Assembly: GCA_002779075.1 (NCBI GenBank)
Contig: PEXK01000049.1
Location: forward strand, 1,490 to 23,167
Source: Candidatus Diapherotrites archaeon CG08_land_8_20_14_0_20_30_16
GTDB taxonomy: Archaea > Iainarchaeota > Iainarchaeia > Iainarchaeales > 0-14-0-20-30-16
Direction: 5' to 3'
Length of the DNA stretch: 21,678 nucleotides
Both the position numbers and the translations under genes were made by a program. Under the pieces are notes generated by a model, which searched no databases, had not been told where the DNA came from, and saw only the letters and a list, made by a program, of their open reading frames with translations. Shown here one piece after another: positions 21,430 through 21,678 of the stretch (position 1 is the first letter of the stretch; each line of letters starts with the position of its first letter).

Positions 21430-21678
21430 TTTTATTCCACCCGCGCCTTTAAAAAGGCACCGTCTGCCAAAGGTATGTCTTAGGTACACCTAGTGAGCAT
21501 ACGATGGCCTATAATACAATAATAGACCTAATTTATTATATATAAAGAGAAAAAGGAATTAAAAACCTTCCCACTAGCTACATCTTGATTTTATTAATAT
21601 TATTAACACATAGCCAAGCAGTTGCATTGCCAAACCCTTTTTTGTTTATATCAAAAGGTTTTACTTGCTCAGGATTCT

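Noticed and set aside
21430-21489. 20-codon N-terminal extension of ThrRS (MYLRHTFGRRCLFKGAGGIK) in the track ORF
   Set aside because: The internal ATG at 21429 has a GGTGGA Shine-Dalgarno at ideal spacing. The extension is compositionally unlike the rest of the gene and matches no ThrRS N-terminus I know, so it is more likely 5' leader.
1-21678. CRISPR arrays, cas genes, transposases, integrases, rRNA, RNase P or SRP RNA
   Set aside because: No regularly spaced direct repeats and no recognisable motifs of these genes or RNAs were seen on either strand. The only repeat families are the short intergenic motifs reported above.

Overview
This strongly AT-rich, gene-dense window looks like a small-genome (DPANN-like) archaeon. 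Archaeal markers are ribosomal protein S8e, the tRNA Cm56 methyltransferase aTrm56, two CCA-less tRNAs (Gly-UCC, Leu-UAG) and GGTG/GAGG Shine-Dalgarno motifs. No CRISPR array, transposase or integrase was seen.

Confident genes:
- pyrG, thrS (no TGS domain), a Trk/Ktr K+ uptake pair with a serine hydrolase between its subunits, a U32-family protein with a four-Cys motif, two CYTH proteins, and a solitary divergent Mre11-like nuclease.
- A minus-strand block nrdR - nrdJ - cobA-type corrinoid adenosyltransferase.
- nrdJ is a class II ribonucleotide reductase of 1544 codons. It carries two LAGLIDADG inteins in conserved motifs, which leaves a 730-aa extein.

Points worth a second look:
1. A family of structured intergenic repeats (6604-6690, 16575-16777, fragments near 13088 and 18145). 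They share a 9-mer, TTTCTTT/AAAGAAA inverted repeats allowing alternative pairings, and a hairpin with a strand-informative U-G substitution.
2. An unrecognisable, translationally coupled 81-aa + 238-aa cassette in long AT-rich spacers, bracketed by a near-identical 14-15 nt direct repeat.
3. A bacterial-type NrdR with two predicted NrdR boxes 32 bp apart over its own promoter, in an archaeal context.
4. A 26-codon upstream ORF that duplicates the cobA start and ends in TAATG.
5. An unknown helical protein in an operon with a CYTH enzyme.
6. A C/D-box-like sRNA candidate just after tRNA-Gly.
7. A junction of a truncated Bro-N-like gene and a HIT pseudogene (TGA at an expected Trp) next to tRNA-Leu.

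All family assignments come from motif reading by eye. No searches were run.
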